From Eledone cirrhosa (Eukaryota): a stretch of 64,000 nucleotides of DNA. Of the stretch, positions 61,411 to 64,000 are shown one piece after another. The notes beneath the pieces were generated by a model. The model had not been told where the DNA came from. It was given only the letters and a program-made list of their open reading frames with translations, and did not search any database. The stretch is taken from positions 363,568,001-363,632,000 of the forward strand of contig OZ024741.1 of the NCBI GenBank assembly GCA_964016885.1, read 5' to 3'. Within the stretch, counting starts at the first letter, position 1; every line of letters starts with the position of its first letter. The position numbers were made by a program, and so were the translations under genes.

Positions 61411-63977
61411 GACTGAGGAAGGAAGGGGTGATTATGTCGACTGAGGAAAGAAGGGGTGATTATGTTGACTGAGGAAAGAAGGGTGATTATGTCGACTGAG
61501 GAAAGAAGGGGTGATTATGTTGACTGAGGAAAGAAGGGTGATTATGTTGACTGGGGAGGGAAGGGGTGATTATGTCGACTGAGGAAGGAGTGATTATGTT
61601 GACTGAGGAAAGAAGGGTGATTATGTCGACTGAGGAGGGAAGGGGTGATTATGTCGACTGAGGAAGGAAGGAGTGATTATGTTGACTGAGGAAAGAAGGG
61701 TGATTATGTCGACTGAGGAGGGAAGGGGTGATTATGTCGACTGAGGAGGGAAGGGGTGATTATGTTGACTGAGGAAAGAAGGGTGATTATGTTGACTGAG
61801 GAAAGAAGGGTGATTATGTCGACTGAGGAGGGAAGGGGTGATTATGTCGACTGAGGAGGGAAGGGTGATTATGTCGACTGAGGAGGAAAGAAGGGTGATT
61901 ATGTCGACTGAGGAGGGAAGGGGTGATTATGTCGACTGAGGAGGGAAGGGTGATTATGTCGACTGAGGAGGGAAGGGGTGATTATGTCGACTGAGGAAGG
62001 AAGGAGTGATTATGTTGACTGAGGAAAGAAGGGTGATTATGTCGACTGAGGAAGGAAGGAGTGATTATGTTGACTGAGGAAAGAAGGGTGATTATGTTGA
62101 CTGAGGAAAGAAGGGTGATTATGTTGACTGGGGAGGGAAGGGGTGATTATGTCGACTGAGGAAGGAAGGAGTGATTATGTTGACTGAGGAAAGAAGGGTG
62201 ATTATGTTGACTGAGGAAAGAAGGGTGATTATGTTGACTGGGGAGGGAAGGGGTGATTATGTCGACTGAGGAAGGAAGGAGTGATTATGTTGACTGAGGA
62301 AAGAAGGGTGATTATGTCGACTGAGGAGGGAAGGGGTGATTATGTCGACTGAGGAGGGAAGGGGTGATTATGTCGACTGAGGAGGGAAGGGTGATTATGT
62401 CGACTGAGGAGGGAAGGGGTGATTATGTCGACTGAGGAGGGAAGGGGTGATTATGTCGACTGAGGAGGGAAGGGTGATTATGTCGACTGAGGAGGGAAGG
62501 GGTGATTATGTCGACTGAGGAGGGAAGGGGTGATTATGTCGACTGAGGAAGGAAGGGGTGATTATGTCGACTGAGGAAGGAAGGAGTGATTATGTCGACT
62601 GAGGAGGGAAGGGGTGATTATGTCGACTGAGGAGGGAAGGGGTGATTATGTCGACTGAGGAGGGAAGGAGTGATTATGTTGACTGGGGAGGGAAGGAGTG
62701 ATTATGTCGACTGAGGAAGGAAGGAGTGATTATGTTGACTGAGGAAAGAAGGGTGATTATGTTGACTGGGGAGGGAAGGGGTGATTATGTCGACTGAGGA
62801 AGGAAGGAGTGATTATGTTGACTGAGGAAAGAAGGGTGATTATGTCGACTGAGGAGGGAAGGGGTGATTATGTTGACTGAGGAAAGAAGGGTGATTATGT
62901 CGACTGAGGAGGGAAGGGGTGATTATGTCGACTGAGGAAGGAAGGGATGATTATGTCGACTGAGGAGGGAAGGGGTGATTATGTCGACTGAGGAAGGAAG
63001 GGTGATTATGTCGACTGAGGAGGGAAGGGGTGATTATGTTGACTGAGGAAAGAAGGGTGATTATGTCGACTGAGGAGGGAAGGGGTGATTATGTTGACTG
63101 AGGAGGGAAGGGGTGATTATGTCGACTGAGGAAGGAAGGAGTGATTATGTTGACTGAGGAGGGAAGGGGTGATTATGTCGACTGAGGAGGGAAGGGGTGA
63201 TTATGTCGACTGAGGAAGGAAGGGGTGATTATGTCGACTGAGGAAGGAAGGAGTGATTATGTTGACTGAGGAAAGAAGGGTGATTATGTCGACTGAGGAG
63301 GGAAGGGGTGATTATGTCGACTGAGGAAGGAAGGGGTGATTATGTCGACTGAGGAGGGAAGGGGTGATTACGTCGACTGAGGAAGGAAGGGGTGATTACG
63401 TCGACTGAGGAGGGAAGGGGTGATTATGTCGACTGAGGAGGGAAGGGGTGATTATGTCGACTGAGGAGGGAAGGAGTGATTATGTTGACTGAGGAAAGAA
63501 GGGTGATTACGTCGACTGAGGAGGGAAGGGGTGATTATGTCGACTGAGGAGGGAAGGGGTGATTATGTCGACTGAGGAAGGAAGGGGTGATTATGTCGAC
63601 TGAGGAGGGAAGGGGTGATTATGTCGACTGAGGAAGGAAGGGATGATTATGTCGACTGAGGAAGGAAGGGGTGATTATGTCGACTGAGGAAGGAAGGGGT
63701 GATTATGTCGACTGAGGAAGGAAGGGGTGATTATGTCGACTGAGGAGGGAAGGGGTGATTATGTCGACTGAGGAGGGAAGGGGTGATTATGTCGACTGAG
63801 GAGGGAAGGGGTGATTATGTCGACTGAGGAAGGAAGGGGTGATTACGTCGACTGAGGAAGGAAGGGGTGATTACGTCGACTGAGGAGGGAAGGGGTGATT
63901 ATGTCGACTGAGGAAGGAAGGAGTGATTATGTCTACTGAGGAAGGAAGGGGTGATTATGTCGACTGAGGAAGGGGTG
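61411..63977 (+). repeat. 27/28-bp G-rich minisatellite GACTGAGGAGGGAAGGGGTGATTATGTC, about 90 copies
   Basis: Direct tandem periodicity; most junctions form GTCGAC or GTTGAC. Confidence 0.98.
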
Positions 63978-64000
63978 TCTAATACACACACATCTATGTG

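Noticed and set aside
61411-63977. Minisatellite unit derived from the Nin-like SINE 3' region, or coding
   Set aside because: Similarity is limited to a short GATTA..TCGAC-like motif, and the 27/28-bp units give no long ORF.

Overview
Eukaryotic, AT-rich, repeat-dense DNA; the SINE/LINE types resemble those I recall from octopus/cephalopods (inference). Positions 1-43129 are a 46-bp satellite (~880 monomers, with nested higher-order duplications). Its last monomer runs directly into the body of a tRNA-derived SINE, so the satellite appears to be the tandemly amplified 5' head (Pol III A-box region) of that SINE. The array is interrupted by a young 2110-bp non-coding LTR retroelement (366-bp LTRs, TAGG TSD, PPT, tRNA-Trp PBS extended to 32 nt with one mismatch opposite tRNA A58) and by a solo LTR. 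Positions 43.3-61.3 kb hold three in-frame minus-strand exons of a host gene (PB1/ubiquitin-like N-terminus plus Ser/Pro/Met/Asn repeats) that points into the satellite, among RTE, Tx1-like and CRE-like LINE fragments, several SINEs and MITEs. The window ends in a 28-bp G-rich minisatellite preceded by a Helitron-like 5' terminus. All counts and alignments were done by eye; no database searches were run.
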